Below are positions 18,551 through 28,210 of a DNA stretch of 64,000 nt, piece by piece; the first letter of the stretch is position 1; every line of letters begins with the position of its first letter. The notes under the pieces are model-generated. The model did not search any database. It saw nothing but the letters and a program-made list of their open reading frames with translations, and was not told the origin of the DNA. This DNA comes from Chloroflexota bacterium (GTDB lineage: Bacteria > Chloroflexota > Anaerolineae > J102): contig JAADII010000196.1 in the NCBI GenBank assembly GCA_013151415.1, positions 1,969 to 65,968 on the forward strand. The letters are read 5' to 3'. The position numbers and the translations under genes are program-made.

Positions 18551-20407
18551 ATGTTTGCTTCCAGTCCACCCAAACCCATCATCAACGCCGCGCCTTTGTC
18601 ACGCGTACGCGGATTCAGGCGTGAACAAATCGAGGCGCTTCAAGAATATTGGATCACAAGCGTGCAAGAGTTGTTGGCCACGGCCGCTTTGCCCAATGGC
18701 CAACGCGCGCTGCAAACCATACTTGAGGTGGATTCCGAGCGTTTGGAGCGTTTGCTCGAGCGCGCCCGGAATGTCGTTGGCGCGGTTCGCGGCGCCGAAC
18801 GAGACGAGTTGGAGGAGGTCGAATACGCATCGGGCGCGTTGACGCCGCCAGAAGCCATGCGCGCGGCCGAGGTTTACGAAACCATTGTCTATGAAGGCGA
18901 GCTTCCTGCATATGTCCACTATGCCGATAAACTGCCCCCACCCCGCAATCAGGGGCGCCGCGGCACATGCGTGGCCCATGCTGCGGCCGCGGTGCGCGAG
19001 TTTCTCGAAATTCAAGCCGGCGTCGCAGAGCCCGAGGAGATGGATCTTTCCGAGCAATTCATCTATTGGTGGTGCAAGCAAAAAGACAATTTGCCCAATG
19101 TGAGTGGAACCTATCCTCGTCTGGGCGTCGAATGTCTGGTGGAGGCGGGCGCGGCGCCCGAAGAGGACTGGCCTTATAATCCGACGCCCAAGCCCGGCGA
19201 TGAGGGCCAAGGCCCCCCGCCTGAAAAGGCGCTGAAAAACGCTCGGCGCTATCGTCTTAAACGCGCCGTTCATCTCGATCCGAAGGATATCGTCTCGATC
19301 AAGGCGGCATTGGCTAAAGGCAAGGCGGTGCTTTTCACCATTCCCATTTACGAGTCATGGTATCGTAACCGCATCACGCGACGATTTGGCAAGATCAATA
19401 TGCCGTTGCCTGACGAACCCCCAATGAGCGCTCATGCCATGGCCTTGGTGGGATATGTCGATGATAAGCGCGCGCCCGGTGGCGGTTATTTCATCTTGCG
19501 CAATTCCTGGTCGCCCTGGGGAGTGGATAATCCTTTGGGCGAGGGGTTTGGAACCATTCCCTACGCGTTTCTAGCCCTTCATAACATGATCGCGGCCACC
19601 GGCGATCGCGCGCCGCTCAGCGATGTGTACATTCGCAACAATGCAGACGATCGCGGGGAGACGCCGAGCAAGGGCGACCGTTTTAATAGCCCTGATATTT
19701 GGGTTCGACATGAGCAAGATGAGGGCGAAGAGCACCAAAATCCGCGCACAGGCGCTACAAACTGGGTTTATGTGCGCGCGTGGAATATGGGGCCGGCCAT
19801 CGCCAAAGGGGTGAAGGCCGAGCTGTTTTATTCCCCGGCTTCCACTTCCATCTGGCCGCACAATTGGCTGCCTTTGGGTGAGATCGAATTCCCCGACATT
19901 CCGGTCGGCGAGTCTCGGGTGAAGAGCGCGCCGTGGACCCCGAATGATGAAGGGCCGTTTTGTTTTTTGGCCAAACTCAGCTCGCCGGACGACCCCATAC
20001 AATATGACTGGTCTCCACGCAAAGATAATAACATTGCCCAGAAGAATCTTGTCATTTTGACTGTGCGGCCCGGTGAACGAGCGGTGTTTCGCTTTCCCAT
20101 GTTCGGCCTTGCAGATGAGAGGTCTCGCATGAATTTGGCGGTGGATCGTCGTGGGTTTGCTCATGGGCGCATCGAGCTAAACATGAACGAGCGAGTGAAC
20201 GCGGGAGGGGGTGGAAGGCTGGTTGAGGACGAAGCCAGGCTGGCCGAGCTGGCGCTAAAGGCTTCGGAGGTGGAGGAGGTTGAGCTGGCCGTGACCGCGC
20301 TCGTGAACGCGAAGCCGGGAGAACGAGGCGAGATCGCGCTCACCCAACATGATGGACGTTATTTGGTGGGCCGTTTGGTGATTCAAGTGCATGTCGCGGC
20401 GCCATAG
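18551..20407 (+). CDS. Papain-like (C1A-type) cysteine peptidase with extra N- and C-terminal domains
   Basis: NQGRRGTC (oxyanion Gln, catalytic Cys), LSEQFIY, AHAMALVGY (His), ILRNSW (Asn). Confidence 0.88.
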   Translation: MFASSPPKPIINAAPLSRVRGFRREQIEALQEYWITSVQELLATAALPNGQRALQTILEVDSERLERLLERARNVVGAVRGAERDELEEVEYASGALTPPEAMRAAEVYETIVYEGELPAYVHYADKLPPPRNQGRRGTCVAHAAAAVREFLEIQAGVAEPEEMDLSEQFIYWWCKQKDNLPNVSGTYPRLGVECLVEAGAAPEEDWPYNPTPKPGDEGQGPPPEKALKNARRYRLKRAVHLDPKDIVSIKAALAKGKAVLFTIPIYESWYRNRITRRFGKINMPLPDEPPMSAHAMALVGYVDDKRAPGGGYFILRNSWSPWGVDNPLGEGFGTIPYAFLALHNMIAATGDRAPLSDVYIRNNADDRGETPSKGDRFNSPDIWVRHEQDEGEEHQNPRTGATNWVYVRAWNMGPAIAKGVKAELFYSPASTSIWPHNWLPLGEIEFPDIPVGESRVKSAPWTPNDEGPFCFLAKLSSPDDPIQYDWSPRKDNNIAQKNLVILTVRPGERAVFRFPMFGLADERSRMNLAVDRRGFAHGRIELNMNERVNAGGGGRLVEDEARLAELALKASEVEEVELAVTALVNAKPGERGEIALTQHDGRYLVGRLVIQVHVAAP

Positions 20408-20439
20408 ACAAGACGCGTCCGGATCGTTTTGTCGGCGAA

Positions 20440-20482
20440 GCAAAAAGGGCCTTCCGAATTTTTTTCTCGGAAGGCCCTTTGC
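20440..20482. terminator. Probable bidirectional terminator between convergent genes
   Basis: 14-bp stem AAAGGGCCTTCCGA / TCGGAAGGCCCTTT, with A- and T-runs at the ends. Confidence 0.8.
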
Positions 20483-20504
20483 ATGCGCGTTGCTTGGTCT
20501 CGCG

Positions 20505-22841
20505 TTATTTGGTCTTTAGTAAGCGCAGACCGTTGAAAACGACGACAAGCGTGCTGCCTTCGTGACCAATAACGCCCAAAGGCAGGCTAATGCCGATGGT
20601 GAAGGTTGCAATTACGAGAAGCGCCATGACGCCCAAGGCGAAGGCCATGTTTTGGGCAATAATGCGTCGAGAGCGTCGAGCCAACCGCATGGCCAACGGC
20701 AATTTGCACAGATCGTCGGCCATGAGCACCACATCCGCGGTTTCCAGCGCCACATCGGTTCCGGCCGCGCCCATGGCAATGCCCACAGTCGCCAAAGCCA
20801 AAGCCGGCGCATCGTTGACGCCGTCGCCGACCATCGCCACCCGCGCGCCTTGCTCCTGATAGCGTTTGATCACGGCGACCTTGTCCGCTGGCAGCAACTC
20901 GGCGTGCACTTGATCGATGTTCACCGACCGGGCGATTTCCTCCGCCACCTGACGATGATCGCCGGTGAGCATGACAATATGCTTGACGCCAAGACGGCGC
21001 AGCGCGGCCACGGTGTCTGCGGCGTTTTCGCGCAATCGGTCGGCTACAGCCACCGCACCAACCAAATGGCCCTGATTGTAAACCATGACCACAGTCTTGC
21101 CCTGCGCCTGAAGCGCTCGCACTTCGTTGGGAATTGTTTCGGCAGAGCGGCCATTGTGGTTGCGGTGAATGGTTTCGTTGCCGATGATGAGTTCGCGACC
21201 TTCGACAACGGCTTTCACGCCCTGTCCTGGCACGGCAACGAATTTTTCAGGTTCGCTCAGAGTTAGGTTCCGACGTTCAGCTTCGCGCACAATGGCGCGA
21301 GCAATGGGGTGTTCGGAGCGTCGTTCAGCGCTGGCCGTCAGACGAAGCAGCGCATCCTCTGAATAACCATTGAAGACAAGCACATCGGTCACTTCAGGCT
21401 CGCCATAAGTGAGGGTGCCGGTCTTGTCGAACGCGATGGTGTCGACCGTGGCCGCGTTTTCAAGATGCGCTCCACCCTTGAAGAGAATGCCGTTGCGCGC
21501 GCCCGCGGCAATGGCCGATAGGATGGATGCAGGCGTGCTGATGACCAGGGCGCAGGGCGAGGCCACCACCAACAGCGTCATGGCGCGGTAGAAGACATCA
21601 TCGAAGGGAAAACCCAACACCCAGGTTCCCACAACAATGATCAACGCCACAGTGGAAAGCACGGCCACCGCATAGGGGTGTGCGAAGCGGTCGATAAGTC
21701 GCTGTGTGGGCGCCCGCTCACTTTGGGCTTCGGCCACAAGTTCGATGATGCGCGCCAGAGTCGAATCTTGGGCGGGGCGGGTGGCGCGCACATCAATGGC
21801 GCCATCTTGATTGATGGTGCCGGCGAAAACCTCATCGCCGACCTTTTTAAACACGGGCATGGATTCACCGGTGATCGCGGCCTGGTTGATGCTCGTTTCG
21901 CCGCTCACCACCACGCCGTCAACGGCCACTTGTTCGCCTGGTCGCACAACCACGATATCGCCCGGCTTGACGGCCTCAACCGGCACGCGCTCTTCAATAT
22001 GCCCGCGACGGACCGTGGCTTCGGTGGGGCGCAGTTTGGTTAATGCTTCAATGGCGCTGTGCGTGCGATCCAGTGCAAATTCTTCCAGCGCGCCCGAAAG
22101 ACTAAACAGAAAAAGCAATATCGCGCCTTCAGCCCATTGCCCCAGCGCGGCCGCGCCAAGGGCCGCCAGCAGCATAAGCAGATCAACGTTCAACTTGCCA
22201 TGACGTAAATCGCGCAGCGCTTCTTGGGCCGCTTCATAACCGCCGATAACATAGGCCAGGCCAAAGAAAACCAGGTGCATCCAAGGCGCGGCCGGAATCG
22301 ACGCCCATTTTTCGAACAAAAGCCCGAGTAACAGGAAAGCCAGGGTGAGACCCGCATATATAAGACCAATGTTGCGCGTCCAGAAACCTGGCTTGGCTTG
22401 CTCAGCCTCGCTTGCGACCTGATAGCCCATCTCTGCAATGCGCGTTTTCACCGAGGCCAACGCGGCCGGGCTTTCGTAGTGGACGCCCACCACATGGGCG
22501 GCTGGATTGGCCGTCACCCGATGCACGCCCGGAATAGCGGCGAGCTCGGCCTCGAGTTGTGGGGCGCAATTGCGACAATCCATGCCGTCCACGACCAGGG
22601 CGCAATGGTCCATGTGTGAGCCCAACCGAATGCCCAGATCCGCGGCAACGCCCGCCACCACTTCGGGCGCGATTCGATCGGGCTCGTATCGCAGTTCCAG
22701 CTCGCGACGTTGGAAATCAATCTGCGCCGCGCGCACGCCAGGGTGTTGGTTCAATGTTTGTAGTAAAAGTTTGGCGCATTGTTCGCCTTCGCGTTCATCT
22801 TCGGGCAAAACAATGGAGGTGTGTAAGTTTCGTTCAGTCAT
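20505..22841 (-). CDS. Heavy-metal P1B-type ATPase (P1B-4 motifs SPC and HEGST) with N-terminal HMA domain(s)
   Basis: TGES, VASPCALV, DKTGT, SEHP, GDGVNDAP, HEGSTL; HMA-like GMDCRNC. Start MTERNL overlaps the end of the Fur-family gene. Confidence 0.92.
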   Translation of the reverse strand: MTERNLHTSIVLPEDEREGEQCAKLLLQTLNQHPGVRAAQIDFQRRELELRYEPDRIAPEVVAGVAADLGIRLGSHMDHCALVVDGMDCRNCAPQLEAELAAIPGVHRVTANPAAHVVGVHYESPAALASVKTRIAEMGYQVASEAEQAKPGFWTRNIGLIYAGLTLAFLLLGLLFEKWASIPAAPWMHLVFFGLAYVIGGYEAAQEALRDLRHGKLNVDLLMLLAALGAAALGQWAEGAILLFLFSLSGALEEFALDRTHSAIEALTKLRPTEATVRRGHIEERVPVEAVKPGDIVVVRPGEQVAVDGVVVSGETSINQAAITGESMPVFKKVGDEVFAGTINQDGAIDVRATRPAQDSTLARIIELVAEAQSERAPTQRLIDRFAHPYAVAVLSTVALIIVVGTWVLGFPFDDVFYRAMTLLVVASPCALVISTPASILSAIAAGARNGILFKGGAHLENAATVDTIAFDKTGTLTYGEPEVTDVLVFNGYSEDALLRLTASAERRSEHPIARAIVREAERRNLTLSEPEKFVAVPGQGVKAVVEGRELIIGNETIHRNHNGRSAETIPNEVRALQAQGKTVVMVYNQGHLVGAVAVADRLRENAADTVAALRRLGVKHIVMLTGDHRQVAEEIARSVNIDQVHAELLPADKVAVIKRYQEQGARVAMVGDGVNDAPALALATVGIAMGAAGTDVALETADVVLMADDLCKLPLAMRLARRSRRIIAQNMAFALGVMALLVIATFTIGISLPLGVIGHEGSTLVVVFNGLRLLKTK

Positions 22842-23310
22842 GTCCGATTTGCTCCGTCTCTTCTTTTTTGCATTCAGCGCAAAGACCAAATCCATCAACG
22901 CGAAAACCGCGTAATTCGAAGCCCGCAGCTTCGACCATATCTTTTCGGATCGCGTCCATGCGATCCAGGGGGAAGTCAATAATGCGACCGCATCGCAAAC
23001 AAATGAGATTGGCGTGAGGGGTGAGATCGGTTTCATAACGCACGCCCTCGGCTCCGCTGCGAATCTCGATGATTTCGCCGAGATCGCGCAAAACGTTGAG
23101 CGTATTGTACACGGTGGCGCGACTCATGGTTGGATACTGAGCGCGCACATGCTCATAAACTTCGGCTGGCGAAGGATGCTCACGGCTATTGGCCAGGTAT
23201 TCGCAAATGGCCAACCGTTGGGGCGTGAGCCGATACCCCGCTCGTTTCAAAGCTGTGGAAAGCGCCTCATATCGGGCATTGGACATGAGCGGGGGGCGAG
23301 GTTCTTGCAT
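22834..23310 (-). CDS. Fur-family regulator, PerR-like
   Basis: RLTPQR, HPS..EVY, SRATVYNTL, HANLICLRCG, CAEC. Confidence 0.9.
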   Translation of the reverse strand: MQEPRPPLMSNARYEALSTALKRAGYRLTPQRLAICEYLANSREHPSPAEVYEHVRAQYPTMSRATVYNTLNVLRDLGEIIEIRSGAEGVRYETDLTPHANLICLRCGRIIDFPLDRMDAIRKDMVEAAGFELRGFRVDGFGLCAECKKEETEQIGHD

Positions 23311-23322
23311 GGAATTTAACTC

Positions 23323-23380
23323 CTGGAATGATTATCAGGGTGGAACGAGTATTAGTTTAGAACTATTCCAGATTATAATC
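23323..23380. promoter_or_regulatory. Two candidate Fur/PerR-type 7-1-7 boxes
   Basis: CTGGAAT-G-ATTATCA (23323-23337) and TTAGAAC-T-ATTCCAG (23357-23371) in an AT-rich patch just upstream of the Fur-family gene. Confidence 0.55.
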
Positions 23381-23500
23381 TTCTTTTTCGCCCCTGTCAA
23401 ATTTGGTTGGCCGCGCGCGTGCGCGCCGCGCGCACGCATAGCGCAACAATCCTCAGAGGGGATTGAGCGCATCACCCTCCGGTTTTTGGGTTGTCGTCCA

Positions 23501-23938
23501 TCAATGAGGCCGTAGCACCCAGACCGGACAGGGCGCTTGACGCACCACTTCTTCGGCCACGCTTCCGAACACCAGGCGCGATAGACCGCCCCTGCCATGG
23601 GTGGACATCATGATCAGATCCACATCATGCTCGCGCGCATATTGCACAATGGCCGCAGCCACATCATCCGCCTCAATGACATCGATATCGACCGTAAAAT
23701 GTCCATCGATGACGCCCGACGCCTGGCTTCGCAGATAGGCCCGCGCCTCCTCTATGATCTGCGCGCCATCATCCAAGGGCATGGGCGCGGCGACTTCAGG
23801 CGTAATCACGGGCATGGGGCGACGAACCACTTGCAACAAAGTCACACGCGCGCCCTCGGCCGCCAAATCGCCGATATGAGAAAGCGTTTGCGCGGCCAAA
23901 AGCGAACCATCCAATGGAACCAAAATACGATGATACAT
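23501..23938 (-). CDS. Universal stress protein
   Basis: YHRILVPLDGS, MSTHGRGGLSRLVFGSVAE..VRQAPCPV. Confidence 0.92.
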   Translation of the reverse strand: MYHRILVPLDGSLLAAQTLSHIGDLAAEGARVTLLQVVRRPMPVITPEVAAPMPLDDGAQIIEEARAYLRSQASGVIDGHFTVDIDVIEADDVAAAIVQYAREHDVDLIMMSTHGRGGLSRLVFGSVAEEVVRQAPCPVWVLRPH

Positions 23939-23955
23939 GTGACCCCCCTCTTTCT

Positions 23956-24399
23956 TCAATCTTCGGTTGCGCGAACAAGCAAAACCGGACAAGGCGCCTG
24001 TCTGAGCACGCCTTCGGCCACGCTGCCAAACACCAGGCGGCTCAATCCCCCGCGACCGTGGGTGGACATGACGATTAAATCGATATCATGCTCCCGGGCA
24101 TATTCGACGATGGCGACGGCTACGTTTTCATTTTCCAACGCCTCAGCCGACGCTCGAACGCCCTCCTCTTTCAATGTCTCAACCAGTCCATTCAAATAGG
24201 CTTGAGCTTCGGCCAACATTTCGTCGAGATCCATCATCACCATCGATGCTCCCAGATCGGGCGTCATCACGGGGAAGGGAATATGGACCACCTCCAAAAG
24301 GATGATTTCCGTCTCATCGCCCACAAAACGTTTTGCTTCGTCCAAAGCGCGTTCGGCGAATCGCGAGCCATCCAACGGAACCAAAATACGCCTGTACAT
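23956..24399 (-). CDS. Universal stress protein (tandem paralog)
   Basis: YRRILVPLDGS, MSTHGRGGLSRLVFGSVAE..LRQAPCPV. Confidence 0.92.
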   Translation of the reverse strand: MYRRILVPLDGSRFAERALDEAKRFVGDETEIILLEVVHIPFPVMTPDLGASMVMMDLDEMLAEAQAYLNGLVETLKEEGVRASAEALENENVAVAIVEYAREHDIDLIVMSTHGRGGLSRLVFGSVAEGVLRQAPCPVLLVRATED

Positions 24400-24539
24400 T
24401 GAGCCACCTCCGTACAAGAACGCGGGAGAACAACCAAATCGATAAGAAGCGCGAACGCGCGCCCGAGGCTGCGCTTCGTCATTCTTATTATGTCATATGC
24501 AACTCAGCTGGGGTATGAGCAAAATCACAACGCGTTTGG

Positions 24540-25268
24540 TTAGGGAAAGCGTCGTCGCGCCTTTTCCAATTCAATGGCTGCGGCCGTAAAATGATAGAGC
24601 TTGGCCGGACGATGGTCGCCGTAACGAAGTCGTCCCGAATCTTCGATAATGCCCTGGGCCAAAATCTTGCGGCGGAAGTTGCGCTTATCCAAACGTTCTT
24701 GCAGCACCACTTCGTACACTTGTTGCAGCTCGCTCAAGGTGAACTCCTCTGGCAATAGAAGGAATCCAAGGGCCGTATATTCAAGTTTATACCGGAGCCG
24801 CACCAACGCATATTTGATGATGCGTTCGTGATCAAAAGCCAACGAAGGCAAATCGTAAACATTGAACCAGCGCGCGGCCGCCGCGTCGTCACCCGCTCGA
24901 GTTTTTTCAGCCGCATCCGCGCTCATAATGGCGAAATAGGCGACCGTAATAACGCGCCCGCGTGGATCGCGTTGGGGATCGCCGAAGGTGTAAAGTTGTT
25001 CGAGATAGATATTGCTTACTCCCGTCTCTTCGAACAACTCGCGCGCGGCGGCTTGGTCCAATGGCTCGTCGATATTTACGAAGCCGCCCGGCAGGGCCCA
25101 ATAACCCTCGAATGGCGGGTGTTTGCGTTGAATAAGCAGCACGCGAAGCTCCCCTTCGGTGAAGGTGAAGAGCACAATATCAACCGTCACCAAAGGACGA
25201 GGATATGCGTCGGCGCTCTTGGCTCCATTTTCTTGGGCGGAAAGCGAACTCTTGCTCACGGCTATCAT
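24540..25268 (-). CDS. nrtR: NrtR-family Nudix-wHTH protein
   Basis: VTVDIVLF, WALPGGFV...AAARELFEETG (Nudix box), QLYTFGDPQRDPRGR, LAFDH, LDKRNFRRK, RPAKLY. Confidence 0.88.
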   Translation of the reverse strand: MIAVSKSSLSAQENGAKSADAYPRPLVTVDIVLFTFTEGELRVLLIQRKHPPFEGYWALPGGFVNIDEPLDQAAARELFEETGVSNIYLEQLYTFGDPQRDPRGRVITVAYFAIMSADAAEKTRAGDDAAAARWFNVYDLPSLAFDHERIIKYALVRLRYKLEYTALGFLLLPEEFTLSELQQVYEVVLQERLDKRNFRRKILAQGIIEDSGRLRYGDHRPAKLYHFTAAAIELEKARRRFP

Positions 25269-25303
25269 GGTAATGCAACCGAGGGCAAGAGGCAAGAAAT
25301 CGT

Positions 25304-26518
25304 TTATTCCTTACTCGAGCGTCGCCAGCGCTCGATGCGTTTGCTCAGGGCTTCACTCAGCGCATCGCCCTCTTCGGTCATCAAGGTGCCTTCCATCTTA
25401 CGACTCAGCCTTAGCAGGCGCGAGCGCATCTGAGCCAAGCCGTAGGTGGCGGTGCGTTGGCCCGCCCGCCACAAAGGCGCTTCGCGGCTCACCGGCCCCA
25501 CCCACTTGATGGCTGAGGCCGCCCAGGTGAGCCCCGCGCCAAAACCCACCATGACCATGTTGTCGTTGGGTTGCAGTCGTTCTTGTTCGATGGCGTCGCA
25601 CAGCGCGATGGGAATGGAGGCCGTGGAAGTGTTGCCGTAATATTGGAGGTTGATGAACACTTTTTCTTCGGGCAATCCCAATTGTTTCATGGAAAGGCGA
25701 ATAATTCGCTCATTGGCTTGGTGCGGGATCACCAAATCCACATCGCCGACTTCCAAACCCGCTTTGCCCAACACCTCGCGCGTGGCGTCGGCCATGACGC
25801 GCGTCGCGAAACGGAACACCGCTCGACCATCCATTTTGATGAAATGTTGTCCGGCCGCAACCGTTTCTAACGTGGCCGGTTGTTTGCTGCCGCCGGCCGG
25901 CACGGCCAACAGATCGCCGCCCGAGCCATCGCTGCCCAACACAGTGGAGAGCACGCCGCCGGGGGTGGCGCTGGCCTGGAGCAACACCGCTCCGGCGCCG
26001 TCTCCGAAAAGCACGCAAGTGTTGCGATCAGACCAATCGACGATGCGGGAAAGGGTTTCCGCGCCCACCACCAGCACATTGTCGGCCTGGCCCGATGCAA
26101 TCATGCCTCGCGCAAGCGCGAGGCCATAGACGAAGCCGGAACAGGCCGCGCTGAGATCGAACGCGCCGGCGCGAGTCGCGCCCAGCGCATCTTGAATGAG
26201 AGAGGCGGTGGAAGGAAAGAGATGTTCGGGCGACGAGGTGGCGCAGATAATGAGATCGAGTTTGCCGATGGGGAGATCCGCTTTTTCGAGCGCGGCCCGC
26301 GCAGCGCGCGCGCCTAGTGTGGCTGTCGTTTCGTTGGCGTCGATCGCGACATAGCGCTGATGAATGCCCGTGCGCGTACGGATCCACTCATCGCTTGTGT
26401 CCACGATCTGCGCCAGCTCGTCGTTGGTCACCACCCGGTCGGGCAGGGCTTTTCCCCAGCCAGTGATGTGAGCGTAACGTTGCAAGGGCTGAAACTGTCC
26501 GTTATGCTTTCCGACCAT
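25304..26518 (-). CDS. fabH: 3-oxoacyl-ACP synthase III
   Basis: WIRTRTGI, AACSGF (Cys), PHQAN (His), YGNTSTASIP (Asn), GFGAGLTW. Confidence 0.93.
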   Translation of the reverse strand: MVGKHNGQFQPLQRYAHITGWGKALPDRVVTNDELAQIVDTSDEWIRTRTGIHQRYVAIDANETTATLGARAARAALEKADLPIGKLDLIICATSSPEHLFPSTASLIQDALGATRAGAFDLSAACSGFVYGLALARGMIASGQADNVLVVGAETLSRIVDWSDRNTCVLFGDGAGAVLLQASATPGGVLSTVLGSDGSGGDLLAVPAGGSKQPATLETVAAGQHFIKMDGRAVFRFATRVMADATREVLGKAGLEVGDVDLVIPHQANERIIRLSMKQLGLPEEKVFINLQYYGNTSTASIPIALCDAIEQERLQPNDNMVMVGFGAGLTWAASAIKWVGPVSREAPLWRAGQRTATYGLAQMRSRLLRLSRKMEGTLMTEEGDALSEALSKRIERWRRSSKE

Positions 26519-27758
26519 TGTCGGCGCCTCCCAAGATCAAGCAACTATTGTGTCCGCCAAAACCAAAAGAATTGGATGCGGCGTAACGAATGGTATGTTT
26601 TCGCGCCTCGTTGGGCGTGTAATCAAGATCGCAGGCGGGATCCGGCGTTTCATAGTTGATGGTGGGCGGAACAACGCCATCGCGTATGGCCAGCAAACAG
26701 AAGATCGCCTCCAACGCGCCAGCCGCTCCCAAAAGATGGCCAGTCACCGATTTTGTCGAGCTAATGGGGATATGGTGGGCGTTTGGCCCAAACACGCGCT
26801 TGATGGCCAGCGTCTCGGTGGCGTCGTTCAAAGGCGTGCTGGTTCCATGCGCATTGATGTAGTCGATATCCTGGGGTTGCAGGCCAGCCTGACGTAGAGC
26901 CAGCTGCATCGCCTCTTGCGCGCCCAGCCCATCTTTATGGGGCGCAGTGAGATGATGCGCGTCTTCGGTGGCGCTGTAACCTAATATCTCTCCATAGATG
27001 CGCGCGTCTCGCGCTCGCGCGTGCTCCCATCGCTCTAAAACCAACATGGCCGCGCCTTCGCCAATGACAAAGCCGTCGCGCGTGGCGTCGAATGGTCGAG
27101 ATGCGCGGTTGGGGTCTTCGTTTCGGGCCGACATGGCTCGCGCTCGTTCAAAACCGGCCATGGTGTAACGCGTTAGCGCAAATTCAACGCCCCCGCAAAG
27201 CGCCACATCCGCGTCGCCGCGACGGATGGCGTGATAGGCCTCGCCGACGCCATAATTCCCCGATGCGCACGCGCCCACTACAGCAAAATTCACGCCGCGC
27301 AGTCCGTATTCAATGGCCACCATGCCCGGCGCCGAATCCACCAACATGGCGGGAATGGCGAAAGGATTGATTCGTCTTGGCCCCTGCTTTTGTAGCGTGT
27401 CGTAATGGCTGAGCAAGGCGCCAATGCCGCCAATGGCCGAGCCTAAAATGACTCCGACGCGAGCGGGATCGACTTGCGCCAGATTCAGTTTTGCATCGTT
27501 TAGCGCCTCTCCTGCCACATATACGGCATAGGCGATGTATTCGCCCAAACGTCGCAGCGTGCGCGGATTGACGCGCTCCGCCAGATTGAAGTTGGTGATT
27601 TGCGAAGCGAAACGCGTGCGTAAATCGCTGACATCGAAACGCGTGATGGGAGTGATATTGGGCCGACCAGCCACGACGTTGGTCCAAATTTCTTCGATAT
27701 GATGACCAGCCGATGCAATGGCGGCGACGCCAGTGACCGCGACGCGAGGAGGGTTCAT
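26502..27758 (-). CDS. fabF: 3-oxoacyl-ACP synthase II
   Basis: GACASG (Cys), RPFDATRDGFVIGEG, NAHGTST, GHLLGAAG, SNSFGFGGHN. Confidence 0.93.
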   Translation of the reverse strand: MNPPRVAVTGVAAIASAGHHIEEIWTNVVAGRPNITPITRFDVSDLRTRFASQITNFNLAERVNPRTLRRLGEYIAYAVYVAGEALNDAKLNLAQVDPARVGVILGSAIGGIGALLSHYDTLQKQGPRRINPFAIPAMLVDSAPGMVAIEYGLRGVNFAVVGACASGNYGVGEAYHAIRRGDADVALCGGVEFALTRYTMAGFERARAMSARNEDPNRASRPFDATRDGFVIGEGAAMLVLERWEHARARDARIYGEILGYSATEDAHHLTAPHKDGLGAQEAMQLALRQAGLQPQDIDYINAHGTSTPLNDATETLAIKRVFGPNAHHIPISSTKSVTGHLLGAAGALEAIFCLLAIRDGVVPPTINYETPDPACDLDYTPNEARKHTIRYAASNSFGFGGHNSCLILGGADNGRKA

Positions 27759-28210
27759 AGAGTGTGCAATGAATGAAATTTGAGATGGATGAAGAGAACG
27801 ATGAAACGCTAAAACAAAGCGGATGAATTTGCTCGCGCGCCGCGGGTCGCGCACGCGCATGCCGCTCCATTTTATAACACCAACGGTTGCAAACCGATGC
27901 GGAGAATCGGCGTCGAATGCGTCAAAAGCTGGGAAAAAGGAGCATCCCTTACCAAAATTTCGTGATCTCGATCATGGATGAAATGTCGCGAGTATGATAA
28001 GCTTATGAAAATTCACTCAACGTCGATCAGAGAACTGCTAAGGTCGCGCCAGGAGACGCTCGATAAAGAACAAGGCGGTGGACGGCCGGGGCCAAGCGGC
28101 TGTTTGGCTGGCCATCGTCAAGCGCTGGCATGTGACGGAACGTCTTGATTCGAGATGATTAGCCCTAGCAGTTTACGTCATGTGTTTTCCCTGCAAGGAG
28201 AAGTTAAAGG

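Noticed and set aside
24484-24510. Possible NrtR operator (TTATGTCATATG...) upstream of the USP genes
   Set aside because: Only one half-site looks right; the palindrome is too poor to support.
28005-28148. 47-codon plus-strand ORF (MKIHSTSIRELL...) and a possible riboswitch upstream of the flavin reductase
   Set aside because: No SD for the ORF, and no FMN-riboswitch consensus blocks visible.
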